A stretch of 50,745 bases of DNA from Patescibacteria group bacterium (GTDB lineage: Bacteria > Patescibacteriota > Microgenomatia > UBA1400 > PJMF01): the NCBI GenBank assembly GCA_049322575.1, contig JBMORQ010000026.1, positions 1-50,745 of the forward strand, given 5' to 3'. Under the pieces are notes generated by a model. That model was not told the origin of the DNA. It saw nothing but the letters and a program-made list of their open reading frames with translations, and made no database searches. A program made the position numbers and the translations under genes. Shown here one piece after another: positions 8,142 to 17,214 of this stretch (position 1 is the first letter of the stretch; every line of letters begins with the position of its first letter).

Positions 8142-10400
8142 TTACATGGATTCATGAAACGTTCGCGCAATCACCTCTTTTTGTTTGTCTGGTGTTAGAC
8201 GTACAAAGTTGACAGCATAACCAGAGACACGAATTGTCAGCTGGGGATACTTTTCGGGATGCTCCATAGCTTCAATGAGAGTCTCACGGTTCAAAACGTT
8301 GACATTTAAATGATGGGCATTCTTTCCAAAATATCCATCAAGCGTGCCAACTAAATTACCAACCTGCTCTTCTCGACCACCACCAAGAGACTTCGGCACG
8401 ATCGAGAAAGTGTTAGAAACACCGTCACGAGCGTTCATGTAGTCAATTTTTGAGACCGAGTTCAAGGAAGCGATAGCTCCTGATCTGTCTCGGCCGTGCA
8501 TAGGGTTGGCTCCTGGGGCGAAAGCCTCACCTAATTTTCGTCCATCGGGAGTAGACCCTGTCTTTTTACCATAAACAACGTTGGACGTAATTGTCAAAAC
8601 TGACAATGTTGGCACTGCATTACGATAAATGTGGTGCTCACCCAATTCCTGATTGAAGTCACGCACCAGATCACGAGCTATCATATCAACCCGATCATCG
8701 TCGTTGCCGTAGCATGGGTAATCACCCTCGACTTCGAAATCGACTGTCAAACCCTGCTCATTACGAACAGGAGTGACTTTGGCAAACTTAATAGCCGATA
8801 ATGAATCCGCCACCACGCTCAAACCAGCGATACCAAAAGCCATGTTACGCTTGACCTCAGTGTCCATAAAAGCCATCTGGGCTTTCTCGTAGTAGTATTT
8901 GTCGTGCATGTAATGAATCACGTTCATAATGTTGGTATAGCTACCTGCCACATGATTCATGGTGATATTAAAACGACGCATAACTTGATCGTAGTCAAGT
9001 GGACCCTCAGGCATTGGCTCGATTCCTGGAACCAACTCCACTCCAGAAATTTCGTCACGACCCTCGTTTAGAGCAAGAAGCAAGGTTTTGGCCAAGTTAC
9101 AACGAGCACCAAAAAACTGCATTTCTTTACCTGTCTCCATCATGGAAACACAACAAGCGATACAGTAATCATCGGTATCACCAGCGCTGCACATTAATTG
9201 ATCGTTTTCGTATTGAAGAGATGACGTATCAATCGAAACCTTAGCGCAGAATTTTTTAAAACCTTCTGGCAATTTATCGGACCAAAGAATGGTTAGATTC
9301 GGCTCAGGAGCAGAGCCTAGGTTGTACAGGGTCTGCAAGAAACGAAAACTAGTTTTAGTAATCTTATGTTGGCCGTTTTTCCACAAACCACCAATCGATT
9401 CCGTTACCCAAGTAGGGTCACCGGCAAAAAGTTGGTTGTACTCGTCCATGCGCAAGTGACGAATTAAGCGCAGTTTCATGACAAAATGGTCAACCATTTC
9501 TTGCGCTTCGGCCTCAGTAATCCAACCATTAGCCAAGTCTCGCTCGATGTAGATATCCAAGAAACTACTGACATTACCTAAACTCATAGCTGCGCCATCT
9601 TGTTCTTTAACAGCTGCCAAAAAAGCAAAATACGTCCACTGAATCGCCTCCTGAGCAGTGGTGGCAGGCTTGGTCACATCAAAACCATACTCTTGCGCCA
9701 TCTGGGCAATCGCTTTGAGTGCACGGATCTGCTCGCTAACCTCTTCGCGCAACCGGATTACCTCATCGGTCATGACTCCCTCGAGGGCTTTTTTATCGGC
9801 TTCTTTGGCCTCAATCAAGCGATCTGTACCGTATAAAGCAAGACGACGGTAGTCGCCGATGATCCGACCACGAGCATAGTTGTCTGGCAAACCAGTAATC
9901 AAGCCAGAGGATCGAATCTTGCGCATTTCTTCAGTGTAAACGTCAAATACGCCATCATTATGGGTTTTTCGATACTCACTAAAAATTTTAATCACCTCTG
10001 GATCAAGCTCCTTGCCGTTTTCCTCGCAAGCCTGCTTAACTACGCGCCAGCCACCAAAAGGTTTGATAGCTCTTTTTAAAGGTTCATCTGTTTGGACGCC
10101 AACAATGGTTTCGAGTTTCTGATCAATATATCCTGGCTTGTGTGAAGTTACGGTTGGAATTGTTTTGGTGTCAATGTCAAGAACGCCACCATTTTTGCGT
10201 TCTTTTTCCAAGATTTTTTTGGTTTTTTCCCAAAGTTCTTTTGTTCTGGCAGTTGACCCCTCAAGAAAAGAGTCATCACCATCGTATGAAGTCATGTTCG
10301 TGAAAATGAAATCGCGGACGTTGATCTCATCCTGCCAGATATTTTGTTTAAAAGCTTGACGCTCAGAATTTTTTTTTGCAGAAGTAGTTTTTTGTGACAC
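8142..10400 (-). CDS. pflB: Pyruvate formate-lyase (formate C-acetyltransferase)
   Basis: Adjacent catalytic Cys in IACCVS, glycyl-radical motif [19 protein letters not shown]; GTG start. Confidence 0.97.
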   Translation of the reverse strand: MSQKTTSAKKNSERQAFKQNIWQDEINVRDFIFTNMTSYDGDDSFLEGSTARTKELWEKTKKILEKERKNGGVLDIDTKTIPTVTSHKPGYIDQKLETIVGVQTDEPLKRAIKPFGGWRVVKQACEENGKELDPEVIKIFSEYRKTHNDGVFDVYTEEMRKIRSSGLITGLPDNYARGRIIGDYRRLALYGTDRLIEAKEADKKALEGVMTDEVIRLREEVSEQIRALKAIAQMAQEYGFDVTKPATTAQEAIQWTYFAFLAAVKEQDGAAMSLGNVSSFLDIYIERDLANGWITEAEAQEMVDHFVMKLRLIRHLRMDEYNQLFAGDPTWVTESIGGLWKNGQHKITKTSFRFLQTLYNLGSAPEPNLTILWSDKLPEGFKKFCAKVSIDTSSLQYENDQLMCSAGDTDDYCIACCVSMMETGKEMQFFGARCNLAKTLLLALNEGRDEISGVELVPGIEPMPEGPLDYDQVMRRFNITMNHVAGSYTNIMNVIHYMHDKYYYEKAQMAFMDTEVKRNMAFGIAGLSVVADSLSAIKFAKVTPVRNEQGLTVDFEVEGDYPCYGNDDDRVDMIARDLVRDFNQELGEHHIYRNAVPTLSVLTITSNVVYGKKTGSTPDGRKLGEAFAPGANPMHGRDRSGAIASLNSVSKIDYMNARDGVSNTFSIVPKSLGGGREEQVGNLVGTLDGYFGKNAHHLNVNVLNRETLIEAMEHPEKYPQLTIRVSGYAVNFVRLTPDKQKEVIARTFHESM

Positions 10401-10618
10401 ACTTACCCCTTTTTATGTTTAACAAAAAAAAGCACAACGCAGCCTCTTTTGTTAATCGTATTTAATAAAATTGACTTGAACATGCAAGTCTCAGGAACTA
10501 ACTTAGGAAGACAATTATACATTACGAGTATGCAAAACCGGAAATTGCATATCGCCATAGAATTCTCTCAAGTCTAGGTTTTTTGCTCTGGATAGAATTC
10601 ACCAAATATTTGCCAATT

Positions 10619-11503
10619 CTACCTCGGCCAAAGCATAATATCTTGGCTAACAGTCTGACCAGCCTGAACTTCTGTTCTAAAATTCTTGTAATAGGCATAT
10701 GGCAAGTTTGCATCCGTTTGAAGTTGATAGGTGCCTGCGTACTTATCGATAGTTAATTCAAATTCACCAGCGCTGTTAGTTTTAGTGGTGGCGCCCAAAA
10801 AAACCTTATCATTGGAAGCAAAAAAGTAGGCATATATCGGTTGGTCAGCCAGCAGTTTGTCATTTGGGTCGTATTTGTTGTCGCTATTGGCATCTACAAA
10901 CAACTTGCCAGTAATTTTCCCTGGCTTAGTGTACATAGCAACGGGCGCACCCTGGAGATATTCTAAAATTTCAACAGTTTTTTGGGCTGTTCCAACCTTG
11001 GTATCTGTCTCGCCCTTGATTGTATAAGTGCCGGCCTGGAGATAAAAAATTGCGTCTGGGGTATCGAGAGCTCCACTTGCAACTTTCTCGTACGAAGCTT
11101 CGCTGGTTTTAGTCGCAACCAGTTTGCCTTTGGCATCATAAACCGAGAACTTGACACTGGTTACAAAGTCGATTGCCCGACCGTCAGAGTAATCGATTCC
11201 ATAAACATTTACTTGAGTCACTGCCGGTGCTGGCGTAGGAGTTGGGGTTGCTGTTGGCTCAGGGGTTGGGGTTGCTGATGGCTGGGGAGTTGTGGAGGGC
11301 ATCTGTGCCTCTTTTACCTGGTTGGGGGCAGTGTTCGGGCCATTTTTTTGAGAATTATTGGAGACAATTGAAAGCTCCAACTTTTTACCATTCTTTCCCA
11401 AAAGCATGCCGATCAAAATCACTACACCTAGTAATGAAGCCAAAATAATTAGAGAGAACGCTAAAAATTTTTTATAATCGTTGGTTGGTTTTTTCATAGA
11501 CAA
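10619..11503 (-). CDS. Membrane-anchored exported protein with Pro/Thr linker and SdrD-B-like beta domain
   Basis: N-terminal TM, PTPEPTATPTPTP linker, ITGKLFVDANSDNKYD and TTKTNSAGEF motifs. Confidence 0.7.
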   Translation of the reverse strand: MSMKKPTNDYKKFLAFSLIILASLLGVVILIGMLLGKNGKKLELSIVSNNSQKNGPNTAPNQVKEAQMPSTTPQPSATPTPEPTATPTPTPAPAVTQVNVYGIDYSDGRAIDFVTSVKFSVYDAKGKLVATKTSEASYEKVASGALDTPDAIFYLQAGTYTIKGETDTKVGTAQKTVEILEYLQGAPVAMYTKPGKITGKLFVDANSDNKYDPNDKLLADQPIYAYFFASNDKVFLGATTKTNSAGEFELTIDKYAGTYQLQTDANLPYAYYKNFRTEVQAGQTVSQDIMLWPR

Positions 11504-11517
11504 ATTCTATCATTTAT

Positions 11518-11901
11518 CTACCACAAACCCTGTTGTTTCATGTAACAGGCGTTGCTAATAACCTCGGCTCCATGACTTTTGGCAATTTTAATGGCCTCGT
11601 CGGACTCTGACCCCGGCTGAAACCAAATGCGTTTTATTCCCAGCTCGGCGGCTTGTTCTGCAACTTTTATGGCAATAGCTGGGGGCACAACTATGATGAC
11701 TAAGTCGGGAATTGGTGTGATTTCCTCAAGACGCGAAACCAGCTTCTGACCAGCCACTTCCCCACCCTTGGGATTAACGCCAATCACAGGATGTCCCGCT
11801 GCCAACAAGTCAACAAAAATCTTGTGGCCATATTTTTGCGGATCGTTGGAGACTCCGATGATTGCGATAAGCTCACGAGCGATAGTTTTTTGTCGATTCA
11901 T
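11518..11901 (-). CDS. CoA-binding protein (YccU-like)
   Basis: IAIIGVSNDPQKYG, GVNP, IWFQPG, NAC. Confidence 0.88.
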   Translation of the reverse strand: MNRQKTIARELIAIIGVSNDPQKYGHKIFVDLLAAGHPVIGVNPKGGEVAGQKLVSRLEEITPIPDLVIIVVPPAIAIKVAEQAAELGIKRIWFQPGSESDEAIKIAKSHGAEVISNACYMKQQGLW

Positions 11902-11914
11902 ATTTTTTAACAAC

Positions 11915-12391
11915 TTACTCTTGGGACACTACAAGTACAGCACTCAGTGCCAATGGAGCATCATCAACAATTTCATGTCTCAATTGATTTATTTCTTGTT
12001 CCATATCTTTTCTAAAAAACAGCCATATTTCCTCTTTACAAGCAAGCCAGGTTAAGCCTTGATTCAAACCGCCAAGTTGAAGATAAAGATTCTCTCTGGC
12101 GGAAATAATATTAGGATCATCAGAAGTAAAAAATGGAGTATAAACTGGGTAAATGATGACACCATAAGGCCATTTTTGGCAAAATGTTTCTGCTTTTTCG
12201 ATCGAACCAAAAACATCCAAGACATTTCTTTCAGGAATTAATTGCCAACTTGAGCTGATATTATACGTGAAACTTCGCAGACAAAGATTCAAAACACCCT
12301 CCAACAAACTTGATACAGACAACTCTCCACTTTGGGACGGATCGCCATCTTCAGGATAATTATTAGTCCCATGTATATTTTCGACTGTCAT
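11915..12391 (-). CDS. Hypothetical protein
   Basis: 158-aa ORF co-oriented and closely spaced with downstream genes. Confidence 0.55.
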   Translation of the reverse strand: MTVENIHGTNNYPEDGDPSQSGELSVSSLLEGVLNLCLRSFTYNISSSWQLIPERNVLDVFGSIEKAETFCQKWPYGVIIYPVYTPFFTSDDPNIISARENLYLQLGGLNQGLTWLACKEEIWLFFRKDMEQEINQLRHEIVDDAPLALSAVLVVSQE

Positions 12392-12624
12392 TTTCTTCTC
12401 TGTTTTTTAACAACTACAAAATAACTAATTAACCTTACTATGAGTATTCTAACCCATATGTCGATTAGTTTATAAAATTGGCTTAAAAAATAGAGTTTAT
12501 AGAAAAACTGTCTTATAAGTCGTAGTATGGAATCACTTTTTTATAAACTCTTGATGCTCAACCTCTGCTATATTAGTTTACAATAAAAACATTTTTATGA
12601 ATTAGTTACTTTAAAAAGGACTCC

Positions 12625-13503
12625 ATGCCAATTGCTAAAGCTGTCATTACCGCTGCTGGTTTTGGTTCAAGATTCTTGCCAATCACCAAAACCATCCCCA
12701 AAGAAATGCTGCCCGTGATCGACAAGCCAATTATTCAATATCTGGTCGAAGAATGCGCCGAAGCCGGCATCAAAGAAGTTATTATTGTGGCAGCACCACA
12801 CGAAGTTAGCAAATTTGAGGACTTTTTTTACGGCCGAGCCAATAATATCAAGGCCTTAATGATCAAACAAAAAAAGATGGATCGTTGGGAAAAAGTCCGC
12901 CGACTTTTTGACCTACCCAGAGTTACGGTCGTACCTCAAGACGAAACCCTCCCCTACGGCAATGGCCGCCCCTTTTTAACTGTCAAAGAAATGGTTAAAG
13001 ACGAAGAGGCCTTTGTAGCTATGTGGGGCGATGATCTTGTCCTGAGCCAGGTGAGCGCTGTCAAGCAACTAGTCGACGATTATCACCGCGACCCCTGTGA
13101 CGGAATCTTGGCGGTTCAGCCAGTGCCAGATTCAGAGATTAACCGCTATGCCATGGTCAAAATCAAGCCTGGTACTGATGATGAAGTCGAGACAGTTTTG
13201 GAAAAACCCACTCCCGCAGATGCTCCCTCCAACCTGGCCTCTTATGGTCGCTATATCTTGACTCCCAAAATTTTTGAATATCTCAATCCCGATGCGCTCG
13301 GCCTAGACGGCGAACTCTGGCTGCAGGATGCCAACCACCACGTTGCCCAAAACGGTCGGGTGCGCCTCAAAGTTGTTGACGGCGAGTGGATGACCACCGG
13401 CGATCCAATCCGTTACATCAAGGCGCACTTGAGTTTTATGCTTGCCGATGAAAGCTATCGCAAAGACCTTTTACAATTTTTCGGGGAGAAGATTTCTGGT
13501 TAA
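12625..13503 (+). CDS. galU: UTP--glucose-1-phosphate uridylyltransferase family (paralog 1)
   Basis: KAVITAAGFGSRFLPITKTIPKEMLP, GDD, EKP, GRY, GELWLQDA; AAGGA SD upstream. Confidence 0.85.
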   Translation: MPIAKAVITAAGFGSRFLPITKTIPKEMLPVIDKPIIQYLVEECAEAGIKEVIIVAAPHEVSKFEDFFYGRANNIKALMIKQKKMDRWEKVRRLFDLPRVTVVPQDETLPYGNGRPFLTVKEMVKDEEAFVAMWGDDLVLSQVSAVKQLVDDYHRDPCDGILAVQPVPDSEINRYAMVKIKPGTDDEVETVLEKPTPADAPSNLASYGRYILTPKIFEYLNPDALGLDGELWLQDANHHVAQNGRVRLKVVDGEWMTTGDPIRYIKAHLSFMLADESYRKDLLQFFGEKISG

Positions 13504-13602
13504 CAGACAGTTTCGCTCGACAAATCACTCTTGGGCATTGGGCTACTCCACCAACCCAAAATAATGGAGAGTCAGGTCTTCTGTTCCATCATTGGCTATG
13601 GC

Positions 13603-14112
13603 ATGTTGTTCACCTGGTTCAATAACAAAACAATCACCCCTAGCAATCTTGAACGTGCAAAAGCAAGAATTGAGCAACAGTGGCAAAAACTCTCCACTAA
13701 AGCAAGAATGAGTGTTGTCGTACTTTCATTAGTTTCACTTGGTTTATTATCCGCAACCGGCATAACCGTATTCCAAAAACACCAGGCATACCAAAATTTT
13801 GATCCATACGATATTCACCAAATTTCTCCGGGTTTAAATATTTCTAGAAGTGCTTTCGGTGATGGTGAGTGGAGTAAAAAGTGTCAGTGGGAGCTCTCAC
13901 AAAAACCAAACCAAGAGCTGGAAGAACTAATTGGAAGATGCGAACCACATAATCGCGTCAGTTTGTTCAATACTGGGGCTCGAGACCTAATAATTACTTT
14001 TGAATATCCAAATGATAGAAAAACAATAACCACTGAGCTTGTTATTCCTCCAGGAGAAAAAGAGATTTCTGTCTCCATCGGCAACATCGTTGAAATAAGG
14101 TGGGGAGAATAA
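13603..14112 (+). CDS. Hypothetical single-TM exported protein
   Basis: TM VVVLSLVSLGLLSATGITVF; start uncertain (ORF track begins at 13531). Confidence 0.55.
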   Translation: MLFTWFNNKTITPSNLERAKARIEQQWQKLSTKARMSVVVLSLVSLGLLSATGITVFQKHQAYQNFDPYDIHQISPGLNISRSAFGDGEWSKKCQWELSQKPNQELEELIGRCEPHNRVSLFNTGARDLIITFEYPNDRKTITTELVIPPGEKEISVSIGNIVEIRWGE

Positions 14113-14134
14113 AGAACGAGACATTCTTTTTTAG

Positions 14135-14163
14135 TGCAGGGCTTGGTGGAGGATGTTGGAACC
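14135..14163. repeat. att-like motif copy A, related to tRNA-Trp 3' end
   Basis: TGCAGGGCT identical to 16408-16416; 21/27 identical to copy B. Confidence 0.6.
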
Positions 14164-15278
14164 TATTTCTTTTCCATCAACACTTTTCTTAGACCAACAT
14201 GTACATAGGTATCAGCCAGTCCTCTTTTATGACTTTTCTTTAATAAGCCAATCTGTTCAAAACGCAAAATATTATTTCTAGCTGTTTGATAAATAGCCTT
14301 AAGGGGAACTTTTTTCTTTTTGAGATAAGCTTCAAATTCTGTAATAGTAAAGAAAAACTCCTGAAGTGAAAAGTCCAATAATAACAACGGGGTAGAACTG
14401 TTTCTAAAGCTTGAGGTTACAACCTCTTCGTCTTTTCTTTTGATATTTCGTAGTTCATTTATCAACCTTACGACTTCTCGAGATTGTTCTTCAACTCCCT
14501 TTAAGAAAAAAAGCGTCCATTTTTTATAATCTCCGACATCTGTAACATTTCTAAGATGGTAAACGTATTCATCTCTATTTTTTTCAAAAAATTGACTAAT
14601 ATTCAATATTGGAGCAGATAAATGTTTCTTATTCAATAGAAGATAAGCAAGGATCAGCAACCGTCCAGTTCTTCCATTTCCATCTTCGAATGGGTGTATG
14701 GCTTCAAACTGAAAATGACGTATAGCAATCCAAGGCAAACTCAAATCGGGTAAATTAGAAACCTTTTCAAATAATTGAGTTACTAAATAACTAACCTCAA
14801 AAGGCTCAGGAGGAAAGAAGTCTCCAAGCTTACTGTTACGAATCTTAACTTGAGTGGTTCTAAAGATTCCTGGATCACCGTGGGTTGCTGGATCATTTTT
14901 CGTTAGAAGTTTATGCAAATGACGAATAAGACCAGCGTCAATTTTTCCATATCCAGCAACAATTCTTTCCAACTCATTAATTGTATATTTATAATTCAAG
15001 GCACTAAACAATTTTAATTCCTTTTTCTTCTCAAGACTCAAGAAGTCTTCCATGTATAGGTCTTCCAAGTTGCCGGTTGTCCCCTCAATTTTGGCACTAT
15101 TTAATGCCTCAATATTTTTTAAAGTGTCAATAATAAACGATAAATCAAAAATTGAAGTTGAAAGCTGATTTACTTGACCTAAATAATGGGACGCTTGTTC
15201 CCATGCTTCAAGAACTTGAATTGAGGATAAACTATCTGTTGGGATATCAAAAATATCTTGTTTTTGGGCAAATTTCAT
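14163..15278 (-). CDS. Fic family protein (class II-like, N-terminal inhibitory motif)
   Basis: Canonical HPFEDGNGRTGR and upstream SAKIEG (S/T)xxxE(G/N). Confidence 0.93.
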   Translation of the reverse strand: MKFAQKQDIFDIPTDSLSSIQVLEAWEQASHYLGQVNQLSTSIFDLSFIIDTLKNIEALNSAKIEGTTGNLEDLYMEDFLSLEKKKELKLFSALNYKYTINELERIVAGYGKIDAGLIRHLHKLLTKNDPATHGDPGIFRTTQVKIRNSKLGDFFPPEPFEVSYLVTQLFEKVSNLPDLSLPWIAIRHFQFEAIHPFEDGNGRTGRLLILAYLLLNKKHLSAPILNISQFFEKNRDEYVYHLRNVTDVGDYKKWTLFFLKGVEEQSREVVRLINELRNIKRKDEEVVTSSFRNSSTPLLLLDFSLQEFFFTITEFEAYLKKKKVPLKAIYQTARNNILRFEQIGLLKKSHKRGLADTYVHVGLRKVLMEKK

Positions 15279-15358
15279 AATCTATAACAGATTATAGACC
15301 ATTTGTTTAAAATATAAAATAGTGGCATTAATTTATATTTTAGCCTGGAAATTTATCA

Positions 15359-15386
15359 GCAGGGACTAGTGGAATGTGTTGGAACT
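15359..15386. repeat. att-like motif copy B
   Basis: GCAGGGACTAGTGGAATGTGTTGGAAC vs copy A GCAGGGCTTGGTGGAGGATGTTGGAAC. Confidence 0.55.
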
Positions 15387-15441
15387 TGGTTTTCGTCGAG
15401 TATGAGAGCAAATTTGAGCCTATAGTTTGAAAATGTTAAAA

Positions 15442-16212
15442 CTAAGTTATTTGAGCAACGTCAATCCTATGATTCTCTGCCCATTTCTTCCAATCATTAA
15501 GACTGTAACCTCCATTCTGCGGTGAAGCCTCCATTTCGACATTATCCATTCCCATAATCCATAAGGCAATAAAATCAGCGTTTGTTTCTGGAGTAGAATT
15601 AACATACTTAGAGTATTCTTCAACTGTATAATTTTCTGAATCTAAACAAGTACCATCCCAAGCACGATCTATATCGTCATCGAAAAGCATAAGAAAAAAA
15701 CTTTGAGCCTTTTTTATTGCTTCATTCTCCTGAACACTTTGATTATATCTAGCAATTTCTCGTTTTAATGCTTCAGCTTCTGCCATCCTGTTTAGATCCA
15801 TATCTTCCAAGGAAACATAATCAGCTAAACCTTGAATTAAATGCCCAAGTTCGTGACCAACAGCAAAGCGAAAAATATCTTCATCTGTAACGTTTTCCCT
15901 CCCAAGTCTAATTGCAATTCTTCTCCTTAAATTGCGACTTTTGAGCCCTTTTTCTATATTCAAATCAATACTCGGTTTGGCAACTCCATTATCAACAATA
16001 ATATTTGCACCAAAACCACCATCTGTTGTGAAATAAGCAGACTTGTCATTATCATTCACATAATTTTGCACCATTTGTACCACAAATGGTGCCCTAGCAA
16101 AAAATGATTCTCTTGAATCTAAGATTATGTTTAGTATGCTATGAAAAATTCTCTGGCACTCTTCGACACTAAGCCTTGATTTATCTTCGGGTAAAACTGT
16201 TTCTTCAATCAT
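15442..16212 (-). CDS. Hypothetical protein with HExxH zincin-like motif
   Basis: FAVGHELGHLIQG and downstream ETNADFIA (possible third ligand Glu). Confidence 0.7.
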   Translation of the reverse strand: MIEETVLPEDKSRLSVEECQRIFHSILNIILDSRESFFARAPFVVQMVQNYVNDNDKSAYFTTDGGFGANIIVDNGVAKPSIDLNIEKGLKSRNLRRRIAIRLGRENVTDEDIFRFAVGHELGHLIQGLADYVSLEDMDLNRMAEAEALKREIARYNQSVQENEAIKKAQSFFLMLFDDDIDRAWDGTCLDSENYTVEEYSKYVNSTPETNADFIALWIMGMDNVEMEASPQNGGYSLNDWKKWAENHRIDVAQIT

Positions 16213-16409
16213 AAACTTATTATCTTTTTTCTACAATTTCCTGAGTATATCAAAACTATAGATCCTATACTTAAGTGAAAAGCTCGAACCTAGTAAAAAA
16301 TCATGTCACTTCAGTCAAAAATTACAAAACTTTTAGGAAATTTTCTTCCGTCCCTTTTCTTTTTATAGGCTGTCTTCTTGAGAAAAAATGTGCTGGTCTC
16401 CCTTATTTG

Positions 16410-16481
16410 CAGGGCTGGAAGGATTCGAACCCTCTCGAGAGGTTTTGGAGACCCCCATGCTACCATTGACATCACAGCCCT
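16410..16481 (-). tRNA. tRNA-Trp(CCA)
   Basis: Acceptor AGGGCTG/CAGCCCT, anticodon arm GGGGT-CTCCAAA-ACCTC, GGTTCGAATCC. Confidence 0.96.
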
Positions 16482-16609
16482 ATCGTCTCGGCCCAGGTAG
16501 TATAAAGCCAGGATAATTACTTGGCAACAGAATCTTGTGTTGCGCGAATCTTGCGCTGATTTTGTCGTTACGTAAGAAACACTTCTGAATCTGGCAATAC
16601 GTTCTCGCA

Positions 16610-17005
16610 CAAAAATCGCTCCTTGCTCAATTAGCCCAGAGCAACGACCAAACTATTTCCGACATTGTAAGAAAAGCCATTGACCTTGCAACCAAAATCG
16701 GACATCAAAAAAATGTAACTTCCCAAGCGGTTTTAGGAGAAGTGCTTACTGTTGGCAGTCAGAGATTTGACAAAAAAACAACTGTAGAGTTTGTGGCCAT
16801 GATTTTTGAAAGTGACACGATAATAATTACCGAAACAAAATCAACAATAGAATCCGCCTGAAAAATATTTTGCGCATGTAGTTCAAAAAATATTAGCTGG
16901 GTTGATTGTTACACTTTAGCAATCATGAAATCACTGGGACTGTTCAACCTCTTTACCTTCAACAAAGACTTAATAAAACTTGCAGAAAAAATTGCCTTAC
17001 GGTAA
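16610..17005 (+). pseudogene. Degraded VapBC-like module: RHH-like fragment fused in frame to a PIN-domain remnant
   Basis: Translation LAQLAQSNDQTISDIVRKAID...VTSQAVLGEVLT...ESA*KIF...ISWVDCYTLAIM...FTFNKDL; internal TGA 16859-16861; no start codon. Confidence 0.65.
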
Positions 17006-17214
17006 TCGCAATCTTTTTGTTGAGCTATCATTTTGCTAACTGTTTTTGCCCACCAATTTAACCCTTTTACACACCAGTACCACTTTTCTTCTTTCATTTC
17101 CATCTTGCCCCAACCAGCAAAAACCTCTACCCTATTTATATGTCCAACGGCCGTGCTGACTCGACAAATTTCAACCAAAATACCAACCCAAATTTTCCTC
17201 TCAAAAATCAGGCG

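Noticed and set aside
16275-16610. Short ORFs 16275-16469 and 16311-16610 (likewise 18818-19024, 46950-47135, 48349-48621)
   Set aside because: They overlap tRNA genes and have no protein motifs
16859-16861. TGA recoding (code 4 or 25) suggested by the in-frame TGA in the PIN remnant
   Set aside because: Long conserved genes are intact under the standard code and pflA ends in TGA at the expected length; a nonsense mutation is simpler
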